Below are positions 11,798-23,735 of a DNA stretch of 64,000 bases, one piece after another. The stretch's first letter is position 1. Each line of letters starts with the position of its first letter. This DNA comes from Malacoraja senta. Lineage: Eukaryota. The DNA lies in assembly GCA_038087875.1 (NCBI GenBank), contig CM075991.1, positions 9,984,001 to 10,048,000 on the forward strand, in the 5' to 3' direction. Under the pieces are notes generated by a model. The model saw only the letters and a list, made by a program, of their open reading frames with translations, was not told the DNA's origin and did not search any database. The position numbers and the translations under genes were made by a program.

Positions 11798-12422
11798 AGG
11801 ACAGCATGAATATATTGTGGGCTGAAGGGCCGCACGACAGTCCAAGTTGCACGACAGTCTTGCGCTGTGAACCTAACTGCCAACCAGAAACGGAGACTCT
11901 CACCTTTGTAAAAGTCTGTGCTTAAACAAAACAAAAAAATCTATAAGTGCAAGCAGGTAAATTTAGCAAGAGACGGCTGCTGATTCAGCACCTGATGTAG
12001 AAAGCAGGCTGCAGTTTTAGTGGGTTAGAATTCCACTGGGATCTTTCCAGCTTGGGTCCGAGGTTACATATTTGGCAAAAGAGAAAATTGCTGCTAATTT
12101 GGGAACTCAAGAAACAGAATTCAGTTCTTTGGCTCAGTAAAGACTTTTCCTGCCCGCTGATTGTTTTGTTGCCTGTCTAAATCCTATGTTATTCACCTTG
12201 CAAAAATCCTGACTCCACACAGATTTACAATAATAAAAATCATTCATAGACTAGGGTGCATTCTACTGCTGTTTCCATGCTGTATCTTTCAACCACTTTG
12301 ATCCAATCAATTTCCCCAACAAAGACTCTTGCAAAGTGGGCAATAGATAGAGATAAATAGAGAGGGGGAGATAAGTGTTGGCAGAGACAAACACAGACAA
12401 ACACAAACAGCACCAGAGGCAA

Positions 12423-12515
12423 GTCTGAAGAAGGGTCTCGACCCAAAACGTCACCCATTCCTTCGCTCCATAGATGCTGCCTCACCCGCTGATTTTCTCC
12501 AGCATTTTTGTCCAC
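12423..12515 (+). mobile_element. Solo Penelope pseudo-LTR with 12-bp TSD
   Basis: gtctgaagaagggtctcgacccaaaacgtcacc; caccagaggcaa at 12411-12422 and 12516-12527. Confidence 0.8.
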
Positions 12516-12649
12516 CACCAGAGGCAAAGTCCGTGAGCAGCAATTATTGATGAAGGGAACCAAGGGCTACCAGTGAGGAACAGCAACTCCGACAGAATGC
12601 ATGAGAAAGGCCATCAATGGCAAAGAGAAAGGAACATTGCCTAATAGTC

Positions 12650-13010
12650 AAACTGAATAGTGAAAGGCCTGAGTCGAGGGGGTGTGGAGAGGATGTTTCC
12701 ACTAGTGGGGGGAGCCTAGGAATAGAGGCCACAGCCTCAGAATAAAAGGACGTACTTTTAGGAAGGATATGAGGAGGAATCTTTTTAGTCAGAGGGTGAT
12801 GAATCTGTGGAATTCTTTGCCACAGATGGTTGTTGAGGCCAAGTCATTGGGTATTTTTAAGGTGGAGATACTTGATTGATAAGGGTGCCAAGGGCTGTGG
12901 GGAGAAGGCAGGAGAATGGGGTTGAGAGAGAAAGATAGATCAGCCATGATTGAATGGCGGAGTAGACTCGATGGGCTGAATGGCCTACTTCTGCTCCGAT
13001 GACTTATGAA
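12650..13010 (+). mobile_element. CR1 LINE 3' fragment (second subfamily)
   Basis: RMFPLVGEPRNRGHSLRIKGRTFRKDMRRNLFSQRVMNLWNSLPQ; UTR gatcagccatgattgaatggcggagtagactcgatggg. Confidence 0.85.
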
Positions 13011-13024
13011 CTAAAAGAGGCCCG

Positions 13025-13350
13025 TGAGGGGTCAAACACTACCAGTGGGAAGCATGTTCTGCTGGTGGGAATCAAGGCAAGAGAAGTGGGAAACAGCATC
13101 AGGGGATGGGAAAACTGCCAGAGAGCAGAAACATTGCCAAGGCAATGAAAACGCTGCCATAGGAAGGAAAAAACTGGCAATGAGGAGGTAAAATCTGGCA
13201 GAGGAAGGAACATACTGACAGAGAGGAGGCAAACACTGCTAGAGAAAGGAAAACATTGGCAAAGGAAAGAAACACGATAGAAAGAGGAAAATATTGTCAG
13301 AGGGAATCGCTACAACATTGGAACGCATGCTACAGATGTCAGAGAGAAGG
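13025..13350. repeat. Degenerate ~20-bp tandem repeat (consensus about GGAAACACTGGCAGAGAGAA)
   Basis: Successive units such as gaaaactgccagagagcaga, taaaatctggcagaggaagg, caaacactgctagagaaagg, aaaacattggcaaaggaaag. Confidence 0.65.
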
Positions 13351-13352
13351 TA

Positions 13353-13528
13353 CACAAAAATGCTGGAGAAACTCAGTGGGTGCAGCAGCATCTATGGAGC
13401 GAAGGAAATAGGCAAAGTTTCGGGCCGGAACCCTTCTTCAGACCTTGACCTCACTATCTCCATCGCAGGTGATAGACTTCTGACCGACATCAACCATAAA
13501 CCCACTGACTCCCATGGCACTTCGGGCC
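13353..13528. mobile_element. Penelope insertion: inverted pseudo-LTR fused to an RT fragment (13444-13518 +)
   Basis: LDLTISIAGDRLLTDINHKPTDSHG matches the Penelope RT C-terminal FLD..T.vy.KPT motif. Direct repeat tcagagagaaggta at 13339-13352 and 13529-13542. Confidence 0.8.
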
Positions 13529-13935
13529 TCAGAGAGAAGGTAACACTGGCAGAGAATGGCAAATCCGGACCAGGATTCACTGCCCCATCTCCCGCTGCGT
13601 CACAGCTCCAGAAACCTCGGGTTCGATCCTGACCTCGGGTGCTGTCGGTGTGGAGTTTGCTCGTTGTCCCCGTGGGTCTCCTCCCGGTGCTCCGGTTTCA
13701 TCCAACGTCTCAAAGTCATGCAGGTTGGTAGGTTAATTGGCCCCCTAGTGTATAGGGAGTGGATGCCAAAATAGGATAACGTGGAACTAATGTGAATGGG
13801 TGATCAATGGTTGGCAGGACTCAGGTGGGCCAAAGCTTCCACGTTGTTTCTCTAAACTAAACTCGTCCGAATCTTTGAAGAATGAAGATCTTCCGATTAT
13901 CCTCTGAATTATCATTAGCTCCTTCTGAGCAAAGG

Positions 13936-14150
13936 CAGGAACTGCAGATGCTGGCTTAAACCGAAGATAGACATAAAAGGCTGGAGTAACTCAGGGGGAC
14001 AGGGAACATCTCTGGGGAGAAGGAGTGGGTGAGGTTTCGGGTCGAGACTCTTCTTCAGACAGTCTGAAGAAGGGTCTCGACCCGAAAAGTCACCCTTTCC
14101 TTTTCTCCACAGATGCTGCCTCACCCGCTGTGTTACTCCAGCCTTTTGTG
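13936..14150. mobile_element. Penelope pseudo-LTR head-to-head inverted pair (family A)
   Basis: Centre ...cttcttcagac-a-gtctgaagaagg... near 14060; arms of about 85 bp. Confidence 0.8.
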
Positions 14151-14151
14151 C

Positions 14152-14640
14152 ATGCTGACCGGTTGCATCGTGGCTTGGTTCGGCAACTTGAGGGCCCTGG
14201 AGAGGAAAAGACTACAAAAAGTAGTAAACACTGCCCAGTCCATCATCGGCTCTGACCTCCCTTCCATCGAGGGGATCTACCACAGTCGCTGCCTCAAAAA
14301 GGCTGGCAGCTTCATCAAGGACCCACACCATCCTGGCCACACACTCATCTCCCTACTACCTTCAGGTAGAAGGTACAGGAGCCTGAAGACTGCAACGACC
14401 AGGTTCAGGAACAGCTACTTCCCCACAGCCATCAGGCTATTAAACCTGGCTCGGACATAACACTGAACTTTACTAGCCAATACTGTTATTTGCACTTTAT
14501 CAGTATATTGACCATTGTGTATATATTTATAGAATGCCTTGTAGTAAATGCCTACTATGTTCTGTTGTGCTCAAGCAAAGCAAGAATTTCATTGTCCTAC
14601 CAGGGACACATGACAATAAACTCACTTGACTTGACTTGTG
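14152..14640 (+). mobile_element. Rex1/Babar-type LINE 3' end
   Basis: LTGCIVAWFGN...LQKVVNTAQSIIGSDLPSIEGIYHSRCLKKA..IKDPHHPGHTLISLLPSGRRYRSLKTATTRFRNSYFPTAIRLLN; tail atgacaataaactcacttgacttgac. Confidence 0.9.
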
Positions 14641-15994
14641 TCTATCTTCAAGTTAATTGGATTGTGTGTGACTGATAATGAGTTTCCACCATCTCCTGAT
14701 GCTGCTTAGATTGTACGATTTTTGCAATGATAAGGTTGGTGACTCCATCTTCACTAACCCCCCAATCAAATCCTTCTTCACAATAGACAATAGACAATAG
14801 ACAATAGGTGCAGGAGTAGGCCATTCGGCCCTTCGAGCCAGCACCGCCATTCAATGTGATAATGGCTGATCATCCCCAATCAGTACCCCGGTCCTGCCTT
14901 CTCCCCATATCCCCTGACTCCGCTATTTTTAAGAGCCCTATCTAGCTCTCTCTTGAAAGCATCCAGAGAACCTGCCTCCACCGCCCTCTGAGGCAGAGAA
15001 TTCCACAGACTCACCACTCTCGGTGAGAAAAAGTGTTTCTTCGACTCCGTTCACTTCACGCTGCATTTGGAAAGCAGCCAACAGACGGCCCTGGAAGCCA
15101 AGTCAATGGGTATTTTTAATTCGGAGTTTGACAGATTCTAGATTAGTACGGGTGTCAGTGGTTATGGGTCGAAGGCAGGAGAATGGGGTTGAGACAGAAA
15201 GATACGTAGGTAGACAAAAGCGCTGGAGAAACTCAGTGGGTGCAGCAGCATCTATGGAGCGAAGTAAATAAGCAACGTTTCGGGCCGAAACCCTTCTTCA
15301 GAAAGATAGATCAGCCATGATTGAACGTCGGAGTAGACGTGATGGGCCGAATGGCCTCATTCTGCTCCATAACCTATGAACATAATAAAGGATCACGCAC
15401 ACCCTTCTTCCCTCTCACATCAGCCAGAAGATGCAAAAACTTGAAAGCACGTGCCACCAGATTCAAGAGCAGCTTCTTCCCCGCTGTTATCAGGCTGCTG
15501 AATGAACTCTCAGCAGCTAAGTGTGTAGTCGAGGGTCTAACACTGCCAAAGAGAAAGAAAACACAGACAGAAAATGTCAAACAGTGGCAGGGAGTGGGGA
15601 ACACCAGCGGAGAGAGAGATAAGTACTCTCAGTGGAAAGGAAACAGTGGCAGTGTTTAGTTTAGTTTGGAGATACAGCGTGGAAATAGGCCCTTCGGCCC
15701 ACCAAGCCCGTGCTGACCTGCGGTCCTCATACACTAGGACTATCCTACACACACTAAGGACAATTTACCATCTGTACCGAAGCCAATTAACCTGCAGACC
15801 TGTATGTCTTTGGAGTGTGGGAGGAAACCGGAGCACCCGGAGAAAACCCACGTGGTGGCAGGGAGAACATACAAACTCCGTACAGACAGCACCCGAAGTC
15901 AGGATCGAACCCGGGTCTCTGGCGCTGCCCCACAGCGCTCCCCGGCGAAGACAGTGTCAGAAAGAGGGAAATAAACCTAAAGAAGGGGCAAGAG

Positions 15995-16420
15995 TTGCCA
16001 GAGGGAGAGGGAGGAAGAGAGAGGAAGAGGGAGAGGGGGTGGGAGGGAGGAACAGGAAGGGAGAGGGAGAGAGAGGGAGGGAGAGAGGGAGAGTGGGTGG
16101 GAGGAAGAGGGAGAGGGAGGGAAGGAGTGGGAAGGAGGGAGGGAGGGAGGGAGAGAGGGGTGGGAGAGAGGGAGAGAGAGGGATAGAGAAGGAGAGAGGG
16201 AGGGAGAGGGGGAGAGAGGGATAGAGAGAAGGGGAGGGGGGAAGAGGGGAAGAATGGAAGAGAGAGGGAGAGAGAGGGGGAGAGAGGGACAGAGAGGGAG
16301 GGAGAGAGTGAGAGGGGTAGGGAGAGAGGGAGAGAGAGAATGGGAAGAGAGGAAGAGAGGAAGAGAGGAAGAGGGGAAGAGGGAGAGGGAGAAAGGGAGG
16401 GAGGGAGAGAGAGAGAGAGG
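15995..16420 (+). repeat. Polypurine (GA/GGA-rich) tract
   Basis: About 420 bp almost entirely A/G. Confidence 0.95.
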
Positions 16421-16969
16421 CAAACACGACTAGTGCAACAAATATCATCGTGCAGAAATAGCCAAACATTGTCAACCAAACCCAAGGCAGAATGTATTGG
16501 GAAGGAATGCGTTGACGAGCCCAGCAGTGAAGTGGTTAACAATGGTATTATGAATACATCTCTTGTTCTGCCTCTTCAGGGAAACCAATGCAGTTAGTTC
16601 CAAATATTGTGGACATCATAAAATCACCAGAAGCATCTGTCAGCACAGTGAGCTGCTATTTTCATTGTCCAATAGCAAATTTACACAGTGGAACACCTGG
16701 GCTGGATGGTTGTTTGACGAATTGTCGCGGGACAGTAGCCTGCATTTGTCTTCACTCCGGTTTCCTACCCTCCGTCTCAAACATGTGCTTTCACTTTTCT
16801 CCTCAGGCTCCAGGAAATAACAGGACAGTGAAGGCAGGAAAAAAACGATTTCTCTTCCAAAAGGTTGCCTCCTCCGAGGCCGATCCCAAAATAACGGCGA
16901 CGTGATGAGCCATTAATCATTCGGCGAGTTTACCAGCCCGAGCCACTAGGGTTTCATCCGTGCAGGGAT

Positions 16970-18762
16970 TGCCTGCCTGCCTGCCTGCAACCTGCCTGCC
17001 TGCCTGCCTGCTGCAACCTGCCTGCCTGCCTGCAACCTGCCTGCCTGCCTCCTGCAACCTGCCTGCCTGCCTCCTGCAACCTGCCTGCCTCCTGCCTCCT
17101 GCCTCCTGCAACCTGCCTCCTGCCTCCTGCAACCTGCCTGCCTGCCTCCTGCAACCTGCCTGCCTCCTGCAACCTGCCTGCCTCCTGCAACCTGCCTGCC
17201 TCCTGCAACCTGCCTGCCTCCTGCCTCCTGCCTCCTGCCTCCTGCAACCTGCCTGCCTCCTGCAACCTGCCTGCCTGCCTGCAACCTGCCTGCCTGCCTC
17301 CTGCAACCTGCCTGCCTCCTGCCTCCTGCCTCCTGCCTCCTGCAACCTGCCTGCCTGCCTCCTGCAACCTGCCTGCCTCCTGCAACCTGCCTGCCTGCCT
17401 CCTGCAACCTGCCTGCCTCCTGCCTCCTGCCTCCTGCCTCTGCCTCCTGCAACCTGCCTGCCTCCTGCAACCTGCCTGCCTCCTGCAACCTGCCTGCCTG
17501 CCTCCTGCAACCTGCCTGCCTCCTGCAACCTGCCTGCCTCCTGCCTCCTGCCTCCTGCAACCTGCCTGCCTCCTGCAACCTGCCTGCCTGCCTCCTGCAA
17601 CCTGCCTGCCTCCTGCAACCTGCCTGCCTCCTGCAACCTGCCTGCCTGCCTCCTGCAACCTGCCTGCCTCCCTGCCTCCCTGCCTGCCTGCCTCCTGCCT
17701 GCCTGCCTCCTGCAACCTGCCTGCCTCCTGCAACCTGCCTGCCTGCCTCCTGCAACCTGCCTGCCTCCTGCCTCCTGCCTCCTGCCTCCTGCAACCTGCC
17801 TGCCTCCTGCAACCTGCCTGCCTGCCTCCTGCAACCTGCCTGCCTCCTGCCTCCTGCCTCCTGCCTCCTGCCTCCTGCCTCCTGCAACCTGCCTGCCTCC
17901 TGCAACCTGCCTGCCTGCCTCCTGCAACCTGCCTGCCTCCTGCAACCTGCCTGCCTCCTGCAACCTACCTGCCTCCTGCAACCTGCCTGCCTCCTGCAAC
18001 CTACCTGCCTGCCTCCTGCAACCTGCCTGCCTCCTGCAACCTGCCTGCCTGCCTCCTGCAACCTGCCTGCCTCCTGCCTCCTGCCTGCCTGCCTCCTGCA
18101 ACCTGCCTGCCTCCTGCCTCCTACCTGCCTGCCTCCTGCAACCTGCCTGCCTCCTGCAACCTGCCTGCCTGCCTCCTGCAACCTGCCTCCTGCAACCTGC
18201 CTGCCTCCTGCAACCTGCCTGCCTCCTGCAACCTGCCTGCCTCCTGCAACCTGCCTGCCTGCCTCCTGCAACCTGCCTGCCTCCTGCCTCCTGCCTGCCT
18301 GCCTCCTGCAACCTGCCTGCCTCCTGCAACCTGCCTGCCTGCCTCCTGCAACCTGCCTGCCTCCTGCCTCCTGCCTCCTGCCTCCTGCAACCTGCCTGCC
18401 TCCTGCAACCTGCCTGCCTCCTGCAACCTGCCTGCCTGCCTCCTGCCTGCCTCCTGCAACCTGCCTGCCTCCTGCAACCTGCCTGCCTGCCTCCTGCAAC
18501 CTGCCTGCCTCCTGCCTCCTGCCTCCTGCCTCCTGCAACCTGCCTGCCTCCTGCAACCTGCCTGCCTCCCTGCAACCTGCCTGCCTGCCTCCTGCAACCT
18601 GCCTGCCTCCTGCCTCCTGCCTCCTGCCTCCTGCAACCTGCCTGCCTGCCTCCTGCAACCTGCCTGCCTCCTGCAACCTGCCTGCCTCCTGCAACCTGCC
18701 TGCCTCCTGCAACCTGCCTGCCTCCTGCAACCTACCTGCCTCCTGCAACCTGCCTGCCTCCG
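16970..18762. repeat. Compound minisatellite built from CCTG, CCTGCAA and CCTGCCT modules
   Basis: About 1.8 kb; base unit cctgcaa-cctg-cctgcct (18 bp) with 22-bp and other variants. Confidence 0.97.
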
Positions 18763-19079
18763 CCCGCAGCCGGAGGGAGAAACGGGCTCAGCTAAAGGCA
18801 GGCAGGGAGTCACGGCCACACACACAACTCGACGGCCGACGGTCGCTCTCAGGGTCGAGGTGGGACAAAGGCAATGCCGCAAGACGACGGCGTGTTTGAA
18901 TTCAGATGAATCCTGTGTGTGTGTTTATGTATGTGTGTATGTACCTCAGGCACCTAGACCTACGTTTTAACGCACACTGTTGAAAGCAGGTGTGTGAGCA
19001 TAGATTGGGTTGTGTGCGTTGCATGTGCGTGAAAGTGTATCATGCTTGCGTGTGTGGAGTGTGTCAGTATGCATATCTG

Positions 19080-20292
19080 TGTGTGTTTGTACGTTGTGTG
19101 TGTGTTTGTACATGTGTGTGTGGTTGTACATGCGTGTGTGTGGTTGTACATGCGTGTGTGTGGTTGTACATGCGTGTGTGTGGTTGTACATGTGTGTGTG
19201 TGGTTGTACATGCGTGTGTGTGGTTGTACATGCGTGTGTGTGGTTGTACATGCATGCGTGTGGTTGTACATGCGTGTGTGCGTTTGTACATGTGTGCGTG
19301 TTTGTACATGTGTGTTTGTACGTGTGTGTTTGTACATGTGTGTGTGTGTGTTTGTACATGTGTGTGTGTGTATGTGTGTGTTTGTTGTGGTTTTTGTACG
19401 TTTGTGTGTGTTTGTACATGTGCGTGTATATGTGTGTGTTTGTACATGTGTGTGTGTACATGTGTGTGTGTACATGTGTGTGTGTACATGTGTGTGTGTG
19501 TTTGTACATGTGTGTGTGTACATGTGTGTGTGTGTTTGTACATGTGTGTGTGTACATGTGTGTGTGTGTTTGTACATGTGTGTGTGTACATGTGTGTGTG
19601 TGTTTGTACATGTGTGTGTGTACATGTGTGTGTGTGTTTGTACATGTGTGTGTGTACATGTGTGTGTGTGTTTGTACATGTGTGTGTGTACATGTGTGTG
19701 TGTGTTTGTACATGTGTGTGTGTACATGTGTGTGTGTACATGTGTGTGTGTACATGTGTGTGTGTGTTTGTACATGTGTGTGTGTACATGTGTGTGTGTG
19801 TTTGTACATGTGTGTGTGTACATGTGTGTGTGTGTTTGTACATGTGTGTGTGTACATGTGTGTGTGTGTTTGTACATGTGTGTGTGTACATGTGTGTGTG
19901 TGTTTGTACATGTGTGTGTGTACATGTGTGTGTGTGTTTGTACATGTGTGTGTGTACATGTGTGTGTGTGTTTGTACATGTGTGTGTGTACATGTGTGTG
20001 TGTACATGTGTGTGTGTACATGTGTGTGTGTGTTTGTACATGTGTGTGTGTACATGTGTGTGTGTACATGTGTGTGTGTACATGTGTGTGTGTACATGTG
20101 TGTGTGTGTTTGTACATGTGTGTGTGTACATGTGTGTGTGTACATGTGTGTGTGTACATGTGTGTGTGTGTTTGTACATGTGTGTGTGTACATGTGTGTG
20201 TGTACATGTGTGTGTGTACATGTGTGTGTGTACATGTGTGTGTGTACATGTGTGTGTATATGTGTGTGTGTACATGTGTGCATGTGTATGCA
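19080..20292. repeat. Compound (TG)n-TACA satellite
   Basis: 14-bp (tgtacatgtgtgtg) and 18-bp (with ttt) units, often alternating as a 32-bp higher-order unit. Confidence 0.97.
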
Positions 20293-20685
20293 TGCTTTGG
20301 TCACAAGAATACCACAGACTAGTGAGACTTAAGCAAAGTACACACTGCCATGTCACGGCAGAAAATATTAGGACAGGTACATGGATAGGAAGGCTTTAGG
20401 ACTAATGTGGGTAAATGGGACAGAATGCCAACACGGTCGGCATGGATAAGGTTGGCCGAAGGCCTTGGTTTTGTACAGTATGGCTCTGTGCCTCTGCAGT
20501 GACAAGATGGTGTTCCACCACACATAGCCTCCTGTGGCCTCTAGTTCTTGATTCTGACCCTGGGAGAGTGACCATTGCATTCACCTTGTCTACTTCCCTC
20601 ATACACGTTTTATACACTTCTATAAGATCACCCCTCAGCCTCTTGGTGCTTGCGTCCTTGCAATATTTAATTTAGTTTCGTTTTA

Positions 20686-21377
20686 CAGTGCCCTCCATAA
20701 TGTTTGGGACAAAAACCCATCATTTATTTATTTGCCTCTGTACTTCACAATTTGAGATTTATAATAGAAAAAAACCCACATCTGGTTAAAGTGCACATGG
20801 TCAGATTTTAATAAAGGCCATTTTTATACATTTTGGTTTCACCTGGTAGAAATTACAGCAGTGTTTATACACAGTCCCCCATTAACAGGGCACCATAATG
20901 TTTGGGACCCATGGCTTCACAGGTGTTTGTAATTGCTCAGGTGTGTTTAATTGCCTCTTCATGCAGGTATAAGAGAGCTCTCGGCACCTAGTTTATCAAC
21001 GAGGACCAAAGTTGTGCCAATTAAAGTCAAATAAGCCATAATCAGAATCAGAATCAGAATCACACTTTATTCGCCAAGTATTTCACTGGCCAGGTCAGTC
21101 ATACAATTAAAAGCAACAGATCACTCAAAAACACATTTTAACATGAACATCCACCACAGTGATTCCTACACATTCCTCACTGTGATGGAAGGTGAAATAA
21201 AGTTCAAGTCCTTCCCTTAGTTCTTCCTCGGTCGTGGGCCTCGAGCCCCCGTTGACGGGACGATCTTGACTCCCGTAGCCGGCGGCGTTCGGGCCCTCCG
21301 CGTCGAGGCGATCGAGACGAAAGAGAGCACTGGTGAGCTTACTAATCGCAAAGTCACAAACATTATGGAGGGCACTG
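20686..21377 (+). mobile_element. Internally deleted Tc1-like (IR/DR) DNA transposon with a nested retroelement
   Basis: TA|cagtgccctccataatgtttg ... caaacattatggagggcactg|TA; direct repeat ccataatgtttgggac at 20695-20710 and 20893-20908; possible degraded transposase start TRTKVVPIKVK*AI near 21000. Confidence 0.85.
21041..21320 (-). mobile_element. GC-rich non-autonomous retroelement with Rex1-type (attctg)n tail
   Basis: Homologous to 55336-55700 and partly to 7880-8060; tail tacttggcgaataaagtgtgattctgattctga. Confidence 0.7.
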
Positions 21378-22356
21378 TACATACTTGGGGCAATATACAG
21401 AGGCCAATGAACCAGCCAACCTGCACGTCTTTGGTAAGTGAGAGGAAACAGGAGCCCAGGGAAGAAATCCATGTTGTCACAAAGGACACGTGCAAACTCC
21501 ACACAGAGAGCACCGGATGGGATTACATGTCTTTCCCTGGTACAGTGGGGCAGCTGCCCTACTAGCCTTGTCATTGTGCCCTGCAGCACAGTGACACCAA
21601 ACTGCTTGTTTACGCCTTGTCATCATAAGCAAACTTGGTTCACACAAGTGGAGATATGAGGCAAGTGGAAGATTGAGGGGGGATCTTATAGAAACTTACA
21701 ACATTCTTAAGGGGTTGGACAGGCTAGATGCAGGAATATTGTTCCCGATGTTGGGGAAGTCCAGAACAAGGGGTCACAGTTGGGCACCTTTAGGACCGAG
21801 ATGAGAAAAACATTTTTCACACAGAGAGTGGTGAATCTGTGGAGATGCTGCCGGACCTCTGCGGCAGTCTCATTCAAAAAAACCTCACAATTATATTCAT
21901 TATATTATTTTTATATAATATATTTATACATAATTATATATGATTACAGTCATATTCACATCATATATATATATATATATATATATAGTTTAAATAGACT
22001 GCAACACGGAAATAGGCTCCCCATGGTGTCATATGGGCATTGGACACTAGATAGCGCTTACTTTTATGATCTCATTTTCTAATTAGTTTAATTAATTAAT
22101 GTGCAACTTTTGGCACTGACGAGTCATGACTTCCTTCTCAATTATATTTTATCTAAATCTGTGCAAAATTTCATGTAGTTCCGAGACATGGGTCACGAAA
22201 GTTGATTTCTAGACACATTTTTGATGCTCGGCCTAGCTGGAGTAATGCAGCGGTCAGGTAGCATCTCTGGAGAACATGGGATCTGAAACGTCACCATGTT
22301 CTGAGCCGCTGAATTACACTCTGTGTTTTTATTTTCGTAAACCACCATCTGCAGTT

Positions 22357-22675
22357 TAGATTTTTAGTTTAGAGATGCTGCGCGAAACAGGCCCTTCGGC
22401 CCACCGAGTCCGCACCGACCAGCGATCCCCGCACACTAACACTATCCCACACACACACCAGGGACAATTTTTACATTTACACCAAGCCAATTAACCTACA
22501 AACTTGTACGTCTTTGGAGAGTGGGAGGAAACCGAAGATCTCGGAGAAAACCCACGCAGGTCATGGGGGGGAGAAAGTAACAAACACCGTACAGACAGCA
22601 CCCGTAGTCGGGATTGAACCCTGGTCTCCAGTGCTGCAAGAGCTGTAAGGCAGCAGCTCCACCGCTGCACCACTG
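22357..22675 (-). mobile_element. HE1-like V-SINE
   Basis: Reverse complement of the SINE consensus, head and tail present. Further minus-strand copies at about 8745-9205, 15655-15930, 22830-23160, 27725-28030, 44790-45098, 45548-45848 and 46520-46815. Confidence 0.85.
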
Positions 22676-23735
22676 CAATGTCCATTTTATTTGTTTCTGA
22701 TTTCCTTCTCTGGCTACAGGCAGGAATCTACAGCCTATTCTGCTTTCTGTTCTGTAAAATAAAAAAAAAAGCCATTTCCTTTCATTACACGTGCCCACTC
22801 ATTTAACCACTCCATATCCTTTAGGCTTGAGAGATACTGCACGGAAATAGGCCCTTCAGCCCATCGAGTCCACACTGACCAGCAATCACCCCGTATATAG
22901 AAAATAGGTACAGGAGGAGGACATTTGGCCCTTCGAGCCAGCACCTTACTAGCCAAATCCTACACCATTAACAATTTTTTTACCGAAGCCAATTAACCTA
23001 CAAGCCTGTACGTCTTTGGAGTGTGGGAGGAAACCGGAGCACCCGGAGAAAACCCCCGCAGTCACGGGGAGAACGTACAAAATCTGTACGGACAGCACCC
23101 GGAGTCAGGATCGAACCCGGGTCTGTGAGGCAATGACTCTACCGCTGCGCCACCGTGCCACAGGATCCCTTGCAGATTCTCCTCATCCTAGACCATGAGC
23201 TGCCTTGGATACACGGATTCTGTCACTGTATCCAAATTATTCCTTTGGATTGTAAATATCCAAGCCCCAAGTCACTGTGAGGTTGCAATGGTGCCAGATA
23301 TAACAACAGGTTCTGGCTGTAATATTAAGCATCAATATTATAGTTATAAAGTCATATGGTGCAGAAACACACCCCTCAGCCCAATTCGTCCACGCTGAAC
23401 AAGATGCCACCGTCTAAACTCATCCCATTTTGGCCCATATCCCTCTTAATCTGTCCTATCCATGAACCCATCCAAGTGTCTTTTTCTACACACACGTGGG
23501 ACAATTTACAATTTTACCCACAAACCCGTGCGTCTTTGGAGTGTGGGAGGAGACCGGGGCTTCTGGGGGGAAAACCCACGCAGGTCACGGGGAGAACCTG
23601 CAAACTCCGTACCGACAGCACCCGCAGCCAGGATCGAACCCGGGTCTCTGGCGCTGTGAGGCAGCAACTCTACCGCTGCGCCACAGTGCCGACGGCAATC
23701 GAAATGTCGCCGTGACCAACCTTGAGAAACAAGGT

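Noticed and set aside
13025..13350. CRISPR-like or coding repeat
   Set aside because: No constant repeat with unique spacers, eukaryotic context, and a 20-bp period that is not a multiple of 3.
16580..16905. Two possible plus-strand exons (16580-16647 and from 16807) giving a 52-aa ORF
   Set aside because: Splice signals are plausible but the peptide is unrecognised and the putative intron is itself open in frame.
16917..18882. 250-611 aa ORFs (QEAGR / PASCNL repeats)
   Set aside because: They are translations of a stop-free minisatellite, open in several frames on both strands.
18960..20399. His/Thr- and Cys/Val-rich ORFs of 426-469 aa
   Set aside because: (TG)n-TACA satellite open in all six frames; the same applies to 43711-44635.
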